A stretch of 64,000 nucleotides of DNA from Chloroflexota bacterium (GTDB taxonomy: Bacteria > Chloroflexota > Anaerolineae > Anaerolineales > Villigracilaceae): NCBI GenBank assembly GCA_016234495.1, contig JACRBI010000052.1, positions 13,789 through 77,788 of the forward strand, in the 5' to 3' direction. The stretch's first letter is position 1. Each line of letters starts with the position of its first letter. The position numbers and the translations under genes are program-made. The notes under the pieces were generated by a model. That model was given only the letters and a program-made list of their open reading frames with translations, had not been told where the DNA came from and searched no databases. This document shows positions 28,389 through 37,870 of this stretch, piece after piece.

Positions 28389-29879
28389 ATGCCCATCTTC
28401 ACCCCCGGACGCCGCTGGCAGCCAGCCTACTCGCCGTTTAAAAAAGAATCGTTTGGCGATCTACTTCTTGAAAATGTGGAGTATGCCATCAAAGGCCCCC
28501 TCTTTGGCTGCCGCATGTGCGGCAACTGCATGTTACAAGAGACAGCGTTCATCTGTCCCATGGAATGCCCGAAGGGACTGCGCAACGGCCCTTGCGGCGG
28601 CTCCACACCCGAACATTGCTACGTGGATAAAACCCGCCCGTGCATCTGGTACAAAATTTACGAGCGCTCATTTGCAATGGGACGCGAGGAAAATTTACTG
28701 GAAGTCCTCCCCCCGCTGGACTGGGAAAAGGTCGGCACCGAAACGTGGAAGGATGTTTTCCGTCAGGTCAAAAAGATCGGCACAGGCAAGGTTGTGGGCG
28801 GCTTGCTCTTCAAGCCTGCCAAAGAACGATACGAAACCTGGGATATGGTCTTTCGCGGCGTGCGCGAACCTGAATGGTGGAAAGGTGACGACAAATACCA
28901 CGCTCCAGCCTACGCCGAGCCTGTCTCTGATCTGGAGAGAGGATTCAAATCTGGAGAATTCGTCGTCGCGTGCGAGATCGCCCCTCCGCTTGGCATGTCC
29001 ACAAAAAAATTGATCGAGAACATCAAACTCGTCAAACCATATGTGACCGCCATCAACTTCACCGACAACGCCTCCGCAACTCCGCGCATGACCTCATGGG
29101 CATGCAGTAAATTCGCAATCGAGAATGGCGCTGAACCCGTCATGCAGATCGCCGCGCGCGACAGAACACGCGCCAGCCTGCAGGGCGAAATCCTCGGCGC
29201 AACCGCCATGGGCGTGCGGAATGTTTTGTGCGTCACCGGCGACAGCCCCGTGCTCGCGCCCCAGCCGCGCGGCCGCATGGACATCAACGACATGGACGCC
29301 ATTCAAATGATCTGGATCCTGCGCCGAATGCGCGATGAAGGCCACTACCTCGATGGGCGCGAAATCAAATTCCCGCCGAAATTTTTCCTCGGCGCAGCAG
29401 GCTCACCCTTCGCGTCCGAGCCGAAATTCCAGGCATTGCGCGAGCAGAAGAAGGTCAACGCAGGCGCGCAATTCTTCCAGACCAATCTCGTCTACGACAT
29501 TGACCGCATGGAAGTCTGGCTCAATGAACTCGCCAAACGCAGCATCCTCGACAAGGTCTACATCATGATCGGCATCACCCCGCTCAAGAGTTTCAAGATG
29601 ACCAAGTTCATGACCCAGGTCCCCGGCGTGGTCGTGCCGCAGCCCATCCTCGACCGCATGGAAGCCGCCGACAAGGCCGGCAACGCGCAGGAGGAAGGTG
29701 TGCAAATCGCGCTTGAACTCGCGCGCAAGATCAAAGCCTACGAGAATCAAGGCATCCACGGACTCCACATCATGCCCGTCGGCTGGGAAGACATCGTCCC
29801 GCGCATCGTCACCGAAGCCGATATGCTGCCAAAAGGATTCGCCAGGCCTGAACCGCAAGGCGATATGGTTCCCGCATAA
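28389..29879 (+). CDS. metF: Methylene-THF reductase with fused N-terminal MetV-like Cys-rich domain
   Basis: N-terminal CRMCGNC..CPMECPKGLRNGPCGG..C..C; C-terminal NFTDN, RDR, TGD, GAQFFQTN. Confidence 0.88.
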   Translation: MPIFTPGRRWQPAYSPFKKESFGDLLLENVEYAIKGPLFGCRMCGNCMLQETAFICPMECPKGLRNGPCGGSTPEHCYVDKTRPCIWYKIYERSFAMGREENLLEVLPPLDWEKVGTETWKDVFRQVKKIGTGKVVGGLLFKPAKERYETWDMVFRGVREPEWWKGDDKYHAPAYAEPVSDLERGFKSGEFVVACEIAPPLGMSTKKLIENIKLVKPYVTAINFTDNASATPRMTSWACSKFAIENGAEPVMQIAARDRTRASLQGEILGATAMGVRNVLCVTGDSPVLAPQPRGRMDINDMDAIQMIWILRRMRDEGHYLDGREIKFPPKFFLGAAGSPFASEPKFQALREQKKVNAGAQFFQTNLVYDIDRMEVWLNELAKRSILDKVYIMIGITPLKSFKMTKFMTQVPGVVVPQPILDRMEAADKAGNAQEEGVQIALELARKIKAYENQGIHGLHIMPVGWEDIVPRIVTEADMLPKGFARPEPQGDMVPA

Positions 29880-29984
29880 ACAATCTTCCCGTAAGGGCGA
29901 CCCGCCCAACAGGAGCAAAACATCCTGATAAACATTGAAGGGTCGCCCCTGCGATTAACACCCAAACTTTCCCCCGGAGGGAAC

Positions 29985-30551
29985 ATGTTTCCTGAACAAA
30001 TAAAAACATTTCGTGAAATGGTCACGCTCAAAGATGGAGCGTACATCCTCCTGCGCCCAATGGTTCCTGAAGACAGACAGCGCCTCGTCGAATATTATTC
30101 ATCCGTAAGCGATGAAGACCTGCGTTACTTCCGCGATCATGTCAAAGATCACCAATTGATTCAGGAATGGTGCGACAATCTGGATTATGGAAAAGTCCTG
30201 CCGCTGCTGGCCCTTGCAAAAGACCGCGTGGTTGGAAGCGCATCCCTGCATTTCTTCGACGGCCCCAAACGCCATGTCGGGGAGGTGCGTCTCTTCCTGG
30301 CCAAAGACTTCCGCAAGCGCGGGCTGGGCATGAAGATGATCCGCGCAATGACCGACCTGGCGCGCAAGCAAGGCTTGAGCATTTTGACCGCCGAGATCAT
30401 CACTGACTTCACAAAATTCGTTAAAGCCTTCGAGCAGTTGGGGTTCAAACCCATGTGCGTATTAAACGATTATTTCATGTTCCCCGACGGCGACTTTTGC
30501 GATATTGTCCTCATGATGATGCACCTCCGCCCGAAGATGGATGAATTTTAA
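29985..30551 (+). CDS. GNAT-family acetyltransferase
   Basis: LRPM..ED, acetyl-CoA loop FRKRGLG, FEQLGF. Confidence 0.8.
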   Translation: MFPEQIKTFREMVTLKDGAYILLRPMVPEDRQRLVEYYSSVSDEDLRYFRDHVKDHQLIQEWCDNLDYGKVLPLLALAKDRVVGSASLHFFDGPKRHVGEVRLFLAKDFRKRGLGMKMIRAMTDLARKQGLSILTAEIITDFTKFVKAFEQLGFKPMCVLNDYFMFPDGDFCDIVLMMMHLRPKMDEF

Positions 30552-30553
30552 GT

Positions 30554-30832
30554 ATGACCCTGCGCAGCACCGTCAAGAAGATAACCGGTCAGGATATCTA
30601 CGCCTGCCAGGCATGTAACGATTGCGATATCGGCACTCTGACAGATATGGATATTCCGCTGTCCAGTCTGATTCAACTCATCCTGCTGAACGACGAAGAA
30701 GCGCTTCAATGCCGCACCCTCTGGTCTGATTCTGCACTACAGGCATCGCGCGGCGCCTGTAAACGCGGCCTCGACCTGAGCGCGGTCATGCTCGCCCTGC
30801 GTGAAGAATCCAAAAAGAAGACGGGGGAATAA
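30554..30832 (+). CDS. Small HdrC-like Fe-S protein (one intact CxxCxxC motif)
   Basis: G.DIYACQACNDC..., later C..ACKRGLDL..VM.ALR. Confidence 0.6.
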   Translation: MTLRSTVKKITGQDIYACQACNDCDIGTLTDMDIPLSSLIQLILLNDEEALQCRTLWSDSALQASRGACKRGLDLSAVMLALREESKKKTGE

Positions 30833-30934
30833 ATCTTCAGCGTGGATGTTTAAGTTCTTATCAACACGCGATCATCCCGCCAGAAACGGGAAAGCCAAAA
30901 TGTTAATTCCAACCAGTGAAGGTGGGGTCAGTTC

Positions 30935-31387
30935 TCAGCTTACTGCTTTCTTCACGAGCGCAATGATCTTCGCCTCCTCGGCGGCGGTCAACTTGATCAA
31001 GGCAAAACTGGCCGCCCACATATTGCCTTCATCAAGGTTCGCATCGTGCTGGAAGCCAAAGGTCGCGTATCTCGTGTTGAACTTGCTCGCGGCCTGGAAG
31101 AAACAAATGACCTTGCCATCCTTGTCCGCATAAGCGGGCATCCCGTACCAGGTTTTTGGCATGAGGTCGGGCGCGGCGTTGGTGACTATCTCATGAATGC
31201 GTTTACAGATGGAACGATCATTTGGATCTTTCATCTGAGCGATTGCGGCAAGCACGGCTTTTTCACCTTCCTCTCGGTTCTTGCTTGCACGCGTTTCCGC
31301 TTTTAACTCTTGTAAGCGTGCTTTCATCGCGGCTTTTTCTACATCCGTCAAGCCTTTGGACTTCTCGGTTTCTTTCTTTACGCTCAT
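30935..31387 (-). CDS. DUF1801/YdhG-like protein
   Basis: [29 protein letters not shown]. Confidence 0.75.
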   Translation of the reverse strand: MSVKKETEKSKGLTDVEKAAMKARLQELKAETRASKNREEGEKAVLAAIAQMKDPNDRSICKRIHEIVTNAAPDLMPKTWYGMPAYADKDGKVICFFQAASKFNTRYATFGFQHDANLDEGNMWAASFALIKLTAAEEAKIIALVKKAVS

Positions 31388-31463
31388 GTTGTCTCCTTCA
31401 AATTTTGACGATTGACCACCGACAACAGTCCATAGTCAATCGTCCATAGTCTACCGTCAGACA

Positions 31464-31922
31464 TTACTCTCCATCATACGCCTTTTGCAGGTCGGCAACA
31501 ATGATCTTTTTCATTTTGAGCATGGCGTGCATTACGCGGCTCGACTTCTCCGGGTCGGGGTCGCCCATCAGCTCGCCTAACTGCTTCGGGACGATCTGCC
31601 ACGACAAGCCATACTTGTCCTTCAGCCAGCCGCACATGGATTCTCCTCCCCCATTTGCAATCAACGCGTTCCAGAAATAATCCACTTCGGCCTGATCTTC
31701 GCAGTTGACGAACATCGAAACCGCCTCGTTGAACTTGAAATGCGGACCCGCGTTCAAGCCTAAAAATTCCTGTCCATCCAACTCAAAAGAAACCGAGAAA
31801 GCCCTGCCATCTGGTCCGCGCGAAACTCCAAGCACCTTTGAGTTTTTAAACAGTGACACATAAAAATTCATCGCCTCTTCGGCTTGCGTATCGAACCATA
31901 AAAACGGGGTGATTTTTTTCAT
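31464..31922 (-). CDS. VOC-family protein (PhnB/3-demethylubiquinone methyltransferase-like)
   Basis: KITPFLWFDTQAEEA, FNEAVS, CGWLKDKYGLSWQIVP. Confidence 0.88.
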   Translation of the reverse strand: MKKITPFLWFDTQAEEAMNFYVSLFKNSKVLGVSRGPDGRAFSVSFELDGQEFLGLNAGPHFKFNEAVSMFVNCEDQAEVDYFWNALIANGGGESMCGWLKDKYGLSWQIVPKQLGELMGDPDPEKSSRVMHAMLKMKKIIVADLQKAYDGE

Positions 31923-31982
31923 TTTGATTCTCCTCTTCAAATTATGATCACAGACGGCAGACCGTCGACTGTACTGCACGGT

Positions 31983-32360
31983 CTATCGTCCACGGTCTGC
32001 GGTCTTCTTTTTATTCTCCGCAATATGCGCTTTGATAACCCTCTCGACCAGCTTCATTGGCAGCGGTTCATCGAGCGGAAGTTTGACCGTGCCTTTGCCG
32101 TCGGCATATTTGGATATTTCCTCCTCGAACGCTTCACTCCCAGCCGGGATCGGGTACAGCGATATGTGCTTTTTCCACCCCGCAAAATGGATCAGATTCC
32201 TGCCGTTCAACTCGAAACAGGCAATCTGATAACTGATCTTTTCCTTCGCTTCAGGCGCTATCTTCTTCACCGCCGCGCAGATTTGCCGAAGCCTTTCGTG
32301 CGTCTCAGGCGGGCAAGCCGCAATATACTCATCAATGGATTGGAAATTGGTCTTCGCCAT
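31983..32360 (-). CDS. DUF1801/YdhG-like protein
   Basis: IDEYI, APEAKEKISYQI, HFAGWKKHISLYP, KGTVKLP. Confidence 0.8.
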   Translation of the reverse strand: MAKTNFQSIDEYIAACPPETHERLRQICAAVKKIAPEAKEKISYQIACFELNGRNLIHFAGWKKHISLYPIPAGSEAFEEEISKYADGKGTVKLPLDEPLPMKLVERVIKAHIAENKKKTADRGR

Positions 32361-32373
32361 AAAAACTCCCAGA

Positions 32374-32955
32374 CTAACGAACAGGCTCGTAGCGCTGATA
32401 CAGCACACCCGTAGGAAGAGCCGCAGACTCGATCAACTTCAAATTGACGCGCATCCCATCCGCGAACAACCTTTTGCCGCCGCCCAACACCAGCGGATAC
32501 ACATGCAGAACATACTCATCCACCAGATCATTCGCTATCAGCGCGTGAACAAGCACACTGCTTCCATCCAGCAAAATATTCTTGCCGGGCTGTTCCTTGA
32601 GCCTGCGAATTTCCCCCACCACATCCCCGCTGATGAGGGTCGAGTTCCGCCAGGCTGCCGCAGATTTCAACGAAGTGGATACGACAACTTTACGAATGGC
32701 ATTCATCGCATCGCCAAACGGATCGTTCACCATCGGCTCGAACGCGCCGCCGTGGATTTGCCATGTTTTCCGCCCAAGCAGCAGGGTGTCGGCTTCGCTA
32801 AACGACTGGAAAAAATGTTGGCCGATATCATCGTGCCAATATGGAATGGTCCAGCCGCCGTGGGCAAAACCAAAATCGACATCTTCGTCCGCGCCGCCGG
32901 GCGCTTGTATCACGCCGTCGAGTGTGATGAATTGAGCCACAATCAGTTTTCGCAT
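32374..32955 (-). CDS. Dihydrofolate-reductase-like (RibD C-terminal) family protein
   Basis: ITLDGV, LLLGRKTW, GSSVLV..L...LVDE..L.V.P..LG.GKRLF. Confidence 0.85.
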   Translation of the reverse strand: MRKLIVAQFITLDGVIQAPGGADEDVDFGFAHGGWTIPYWHDDIGQHFFQSFSEADTLLLGRKTWQIHGGAFEPMVNDPFGDAMNAIRKVVVSTSLKSAAAWRNSTLISGDVVGEIRRLKEQPGKNILLDGSSVLVHALIANDLVDEYVLHVYPLVLGGGKRLFADGMRVNLKLIESAALPTGVLYQRYEPVR

Positions 32956-33049
32956 GGGTTCTCCTTTTACCTGTAAACCGCATCAAAGCGGACAAAACCA
33001 CTCATATTTTAGAACATACTTTCTGTTTTTACAAGAGGCAATTAAAAAC

Positions 33050-33080
33050 AAAACCTCCGCCATATGAAGACGGAGGTTTT
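33050..33080 (-). terminator. Intrinsic terminator after pheA
   Basis: AAAACCTCCG..CGGAGGTTTT. Confidence 0.7.
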
Positions 33081-33082
33081 GG

Positions 33083-33895
33083 CTACCCTTTAAATCTCGG
33101 GTACGAACCCAGCACCCGCAAAGTCATCGCGTATTCGCTCAAGTGGTCGAGCGCGCGCTTGGTGGTTTCCTCATGCGCCGCGCCGATGAAATCAATATAG
33201 AAAAGATATTCCCACGGCTTGCCCTGCAAAGGACGCGACTCGATTTTCGTCAGGTCGATATCCCGCAGCGCAAAAACGGACATGGCTTTGAATAACGAGC
33301 CGGGGACATTTTTCAACGTGAACACGATGGAGGTCTTCGCCTCAGACTCAGGGACAGCTGCTTCTCGTCTGACAGCCAGGAAGCGCGTATAGTTTTCCGG
33401 GTTATCCTCGATGCCTTCTTCCAGAATTTGCATCCCGTATAATTCCGCCGCCCGCTTTGACGCAATGGCCGCCACATCCAGCACGCCTGATTCTTTGAGC
33501 ATCTTCACGCTGCCCGCCGTGTCGTAGACCTGCTCCGCTTTGATGCCGTGCGAGCGCAAATATCCCGCGCACTGCCCCAGCGCCTGCGGATGACTGATGG
33601 CCTTTTTTATGTTTTCCATTTTCACACCGGGGTTGACGATCAGGCAGTGGCGCACGCGCAATAAATATTCGCCCACGATGTGCAGGTCGTGCCGCAGAAG
33701 CAGATCATAATTTTGGTGGATGCTGCCCGCCAGCGAATTTTCAATGGGAGCCAGCGCCGCATCGCTTCCACCGCTGACAACTGAATCAAACATCACGTCG
33801 AACGACTCACACGGGACGGTTTCCACGTTTCCAAAATAATTAAATACCGCCTGTTCGCTGTACGCGCCGGGTTCGCCCTGAAAAGATACTTTCAT
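33083..33895 (-). CDS. pheA: Prephenate dehydratase (PDT + ACT, no chorismate mutase domain)
   Basis: FQGEPGAYS, PIENS, SHPQALGQC, NYTRF, LTKIESRP. Confidence 0.93.
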   Translation of the reverse strand: MKVSFQGEPGAYSEQAVFNYFGNVETVPCESFDVMFDSVVSGGSDAALAPIENSLAGSIHQNYDLLLRHDLHIVGEYLLRVRHCLIVNPGVKMENIKKAISHPQALGQCAGYLRSHGIKAEQVYDTAGSVKMLKESGVLDVAAIASKRAAELYGMQILEEGIEDNPENYTRFLAVRREAAVPESEAKTSIVFTLKNVPGSLFKAMSVFALRDIDLTKIESRPLQGKPWEYLFYIDFIGAAHEETTKRALDHLSEYAMTLRVLGSYPRFKG

Positions 33896-34012
33896 AAAAA
33901 CTCCTTTTTGCCGAAAGTCAAAGGTCAATGGTCGAAAGTCAACTGGCTCATGACGATAGACCACAGACCGTTGACCGTATTCCACCGTCTACCGTCCATT
34001 GTCTGTGGTCGG

Positions 34013-35194
34013 TTACTGCTTTTCAGCCCACTCTACGATCTTGCGGAAACCCGCCTCCACATCTTCATCTGAAGCGGCAATGGTCATGCGGATGAATCCC
34101 TCACCCTGCGAGCCAAATGCAGAACCGGGCACCAGCCCCACACCCGCATCCTCCAAAATCTTTTCGCACATCTCAACAGATGACATCTTCAATGCGCGCA
34201 GGTCAAGGAAAAAATAAAACGCTCCCTGCGGGGGAATCACTTTTACCTTGTCGCTTTCGAGTTCGTGTGACAGGCGCAAGACCAATTCGCGGCGGCGCGC
34301 ATATCCCGCCCGCATGTTCACGGTGACTTCCTGCATGGCGGGGTCGGTCAATGCGAAAGCGGCGGCCTTCTGAATGAAAGGAGCAACGCAGGTGATGGAG
34401 TTTTGCCCGGCTTTCAAGGCGTTCTCGATGATGCGGGCGGACGCAGCAAGAAAGCCCACCCGCCAGCCCGTCATGGCGTAGGATTTGGATAAACTATTTA
34501 CCAGTAAAGTTCTTTCTTTTGCGCCTTCGATCGCCGCAGCGGATGTTGGTTTCTCTTCATAAAATAAACTTCCATAGACTTCATCGCTGACAATCCATAA
34601 ATCATGTTTGGCGGCAAAGTCTTGAAGTTTTTTCAAATACTCGCGTGTGGGATATGCGCCTGTTGGATTGGATGGATAATTCAAGACGATGACGCGGGTT
34701 TTGGGAGTGAGCGCTTTCAGCCACGAATCAAAATGTGGGACGAATCCGTTGTCGGCGGGGGCAGGGACGCGGATCACATTTCCGCGCAGCATGGTTGCCA
34801 TATTGGAATGAGTCGCCCACGACGGATCGGGGATGAGCACATCGTCGCCCGGATTCAAAATGGACTGCATGGCGAGGTAATAGGCGTGGATGCCGCCATG
34901 CGTGATGAGAATTTCGGTGTCGGGATTGTAGGAGATGCCTTCGTCGCGAATCAGTTTGTTTGCAACGGCGGTTCGCAGGTCGGGGTAGCCGCGCGAGGGG
35001 CCGTAATGAGTCAGCCCGCTTTGCATGGCTTTCAGGGCAGCCTCAACGATGGAGGGATGTGTTCCAAAGTCAGGGTCGCCGACCTGCAAGCCGATGATGC
35101 TGCGGCCGCCGGCTTTGAGGGCGAGGATGCGGTCGGCCATGGCAACGGTGGCAGACTGGCGGATTAAATCAAATTGTGTGTTGATGCTTTGCAT
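34013..35194 (-). CDS. PLP-dependent aminotransferase class I/II (aspartate aminotransferase-like)
   Basis: GDPDF, NYPSNPTG, SDEVY, SLSKSYAMTGWRVG. Confidence 0.9.
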   Translation of the reverse strand: MQSINTQFDLIRQSATVAMADRILALKAGGRSIIGLQVGDPDFGTHPSIVEAALKAMQSGLTHYGPSRGYPDLRTAVANKLIRDEGISYNPDTEILITHGGIHAYYLAMQSILNPGDDVLIPDPSWATHSNMATMLRGNVIRVPAPADNGFVPHFDSWLKALTPKTRVIVLNYPSNPTGAYPTREYLKKLQDFAAKHDLWIVSDEVYGSLFYEEKPTSAAAIEGAKERTLLVNSLSKSYAMTGWRVGFLAASARIIENALKAGQNSITCVAPFIQKAAAFALTDPAMQEVTVNMRAGYARRRELVLRLSHELESDKVKVIPPQGAFYFFLDLRALKMSSVEMCEKILEDAGVGLVPGSAFGSQGEGFIRMTIAASDEDVEAGFRKIVEWAEKQ

Positions 35195-35320
35195 GAAAAC
35201 TCTTTCGTTTTTATTTACCGTTAGGGGCGACCCACCCGGCGGCAATTAAAATATCTGACCATGAATGAAGGGTCGCCCTTACTATAAAAGGCGGGTGTTT
35301 AATGGGCGTGAGTGTATCAA

Positions 35321-35364
35321 AGAATCAAAAATCCCGTCAACCGGTTGACGGGATTTTTGATTCT
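35321..35364. terminator. 44-bp perfect palindrome, likely terminator of the histidine kinase gene
   Basis: AGAATCAAAAATCCCGTCAACC|GGTTGACGGGATTTTTGATTCT. Confidence 0.7.
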
Positions 35365-35371
35365 CCTTTTA

Positions 35372-36631
35372 TCATGCGAACGGGTGGACAGAATCTTCTT
35401 CGAGTTTTTTCTGCTCGACCGGCAAAACAAAAGTGAAGGTGCTGCCAATGCCTTCCTTGCTGTCAACCCAGATGCGTCCGTCATGCAATTCAACCATGAC
35501 CTTGGCGACGGAGAGACCAAGCCCCATGCCGCCGTGCCTGCGCGTGAGATGTGATTCAACCTGATAGAAGCGTTCAAAGACGTAGGGCAGGTCCTTGGCG
35601 GGGATGCCCACGCCATTATCTTCGACCGCCACTTGAACGTAATCCGGCTGCTGTTCGCCGCGAATGATGACATGCCCGCCTTCGTTTGTAAACGTGAGGG
35701 CGTTCTTCACCAGGTTGCTTAATACGATGGCTGTCTTGCTGCCATCGGCATCTACAAAAAGGTCATCGCCGCGGTTTATTTCCACTTTCAAGGCCACGCC
35801 TTTTTGAAAGGCAATATCACGGAAGGAGGCAGAGACATCCTCGATGATGCGCGCGATGGAAACTTTGCGCTGACGGATGCGCGCGCCGCCCGTCTGGTAA
35901 TTATCAACACTCGCGAGGCTTTCAATGATCTCTTTCAGCTTGGCGGCGTTGCGGATGATGGAGTCGACCTGCTCGGCATGGTCATTGCCGACGAGTTCGC
36001 GCAGAAACGTCGCATGACCGAGGATCAAGCCGAGGGGCGTGCGAAGCTCGTGCGATGTGATCGCGATAAATTCATTCTTCAGCCGTTCAAGGTCACGCGA
36101 CTCATTTTGGGAAGAAACCACGCTGCCTTCCAGTAAATCATTTTGCATGGCGGTCGTTGCCAGCGAAGCCAGAGTCTCGATGACGGTGACATCTTCGTCG
36201 GTGTAATGACCGTCGGCTTTATTGAACACTTCAAACACGCCGACCGGTCTCCCGTGTAATAAAAGCGGAACTCCCAGCAGCGAGCGGGTGACCGAGCCGG
36301 CCATCTCGTCAATTTTGCTATAATGACGGTTATCGTTCTTGACATCATCGATCGCTAGCGGCTTGACATGCAGGAACACCCAGCCAGCGGCGCTTTCATT
36401 CAATGGGACTTTGGCAAGCGTGATCGCGTCGCGGTGAAACCAGGGTACAAATTTAAAGTAAAGTTCCCGCGCTACATCATCGTATTCCATTAACGAAGCG
36501 GACTCGCTTTCCGTCAATTCGGCGGCGGCAGAAAGAATCGACCTCATATAAGTTTCAAGGTCCACCATTGTGCTGAGATTACGCGTTACTTCAAGAAGGC
36601 GTGCAAGGAGTTTGGATTGATCCACAGCCAT
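35372..36631 (-). CDS. GAF-domain sensor histidine kinase (cytoplasmic, orphan here)
   Basis: N-terminal GAF; SHELRTPL, NLVKNALTF, DNGVGI, GGMGLGL. Confidence 0.9.
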   Translation of the reverse strand: MAVDQSKLLARLLEVTRNLSTMVDLETYMRSILSAAAELTESESASLMEYDDVARELYFKFVPWFHRDAITLAKVPLNESAAGWVFLHVKPLAIDDVKNDNRHYSKIDEMAGSVTRSLLGVPLLLHGRPVGVFEVFNKADGHYTDEDVTVIETLASLATTAMQNDLLEGSVVSSQNESRDLERLKNEFIAITSHELRTPLGLILGHATFLRELVGNDHAEQVDSIIRNAAKLKEIIESLASVDNYQTGGARIRQRKVSIARIIEDVSASFRDIAFQKGVALKVEINRGDDLFVDADGSKTAIVLSNLVKNALTFTNEGGHVIIRGEQQPDYVQVAVEDNGVGIPAKDLPYVFERFYQVESHLTRRHGGMGLGLSVAKVMVELHDGRIWVDSKEGIGSTFTFVLPVEQKKLEEDSVHPFA

Positions 36632-36732
36632 TTTTAACCTATAGTAAGATTATACATCACAGGTATATCTGAAATGAAAATTGGGCTGAACATACAAGGA
36701 AATTGCAATTAAATTTCAAGGAGAGCATTTTC

Positions 36733-37818
36733 ATGGCAAATAAAAAAGTACGAGTCGCCATTATTGGCGTGGGGAATTGCGCGTCGTCGCTGGTGCAGGG
36801 TGTGCAGTTTTACAAAAACGCAAAACAGGATGAGACTATCCCGGGCATCATGCACACCCAGCTTGGCGATTATCATGTCGGCGATGTTGAGTTCACCATC
36901 GGCATTGACGTGAATGTCAACAAGGTCGGCAAAGACCTTTCCGAAGCCATCTTCGCCGAGCCAAATAACACCTACAAATTTGCGGATGTCCCTCACCTCA
37001 ATGCGCCTGTCGTGCGCGGCATGACCCATGACGGCCTCGGAAAATATTTAAGCGCGATCATCACCAAGGCGCCCGGCCCCACCGCAGATATTGTGAGACT
37101 GCTAAAAGAAACAAAGACAGACGTCATCATCAACTTCCTGCCCGTCGGTTCTGAAATGGCGACCAAATGGTATGTCGAGCAGGCGCTCGAAGCGGGCTGC
37201 GCTTTTGTAAATGCGATCCCCGTCTTCATCGCATCCTCTGAATATTGGGGCAAGCGTTTCCGCGACGCAGGCCTGCCCATCCTCGGCGACGACATCAAGA
37301 GTCAGGTCGGGGCGACCATTGTTCATCGTGTGCTGACCAGCCTGTTCGTAGATAGAGGCGTGAAGATCGACCGCACCTACCAGCTCAACTTTGGCGGCAA
37401 TACCGACTTCCTCAACATGCTCGAACGCGAACGTTTGGAAAGCAAAAAGATTTCCAAGACCAATGCCGTCACCAGCATGATTCCCTATGAGATTGACCCG
37501 TCCAACGTCCACGTTGGGCCGAGCGATCACGTGCCGTGGCTGACCGACCGCAAGTGGTGTTACATCCGCATGGAAGGCACCACCTTCGGCAACGTTCCTC
37601 TCAACATGGAATTGAAACTCGAAGTGTGGGACAGCCCCAACTCGGCCGGCGTGATGATCGATGCCGTGCGCTGCGCCAAAATCGCACTCGACCGCGAACT
37701 CGCTGGACCGATCGTCGGTCCGTCATCTTATTTTTTCAAGACGCCGCCGCAACAATTCCGCGATGACATCTGCCGCGAAAAAGTGGAAGATTTTATTTCA
37801 GGCAGAAGCGACGAATAA
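36733..37818 (+). CDS. ino1: myo-Inositol-1-phosphate synthase
   Basis: [43 protein letters not shown]. Confidence 0.93.
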   Translation: MANKKVRVAIIGVGNCASSLVQGVQFYKNAKQDETIPGIMHTQLGDYHVGDVEFTIGIDVNVNKVGKDLSEAIFAEPNNTYKFADVPHLNAPVVRGMTHDGLGKYLSAIITKAPGPTADIVRLLKETKTDVIINFLPVGSEMATKWYVEQALEAGCAFVNAIPVFIASSEYWGKRFRDAGLPILGDDIKSQVGATIVHRVLTSLFVDRGVKIDRTYQLNFGGNTDFLNMLERERLESKKISKTNAVTSMIPYEIDPSNVHVGPSDHVPWLTDRKWCYIRMEGTTFGNVPLNMELKLEVWDSPNSAGVMIDAVRCAKIALDRELAGPIVGPSSYFFKTPPQQFRDDICREKVEDFISGRSDE

Positions 37819-37870
37819 CTAGTAAGGACACGGCATGCCGTGTCCTTACTTTATTGGTAGAATTCGGCGC

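Noticed and set aside
32374-32955. True dihydrofolate reductase (folA)
   Set aside because: Length and motifs fit the RibD-C/DHFR-like family rather than FolA
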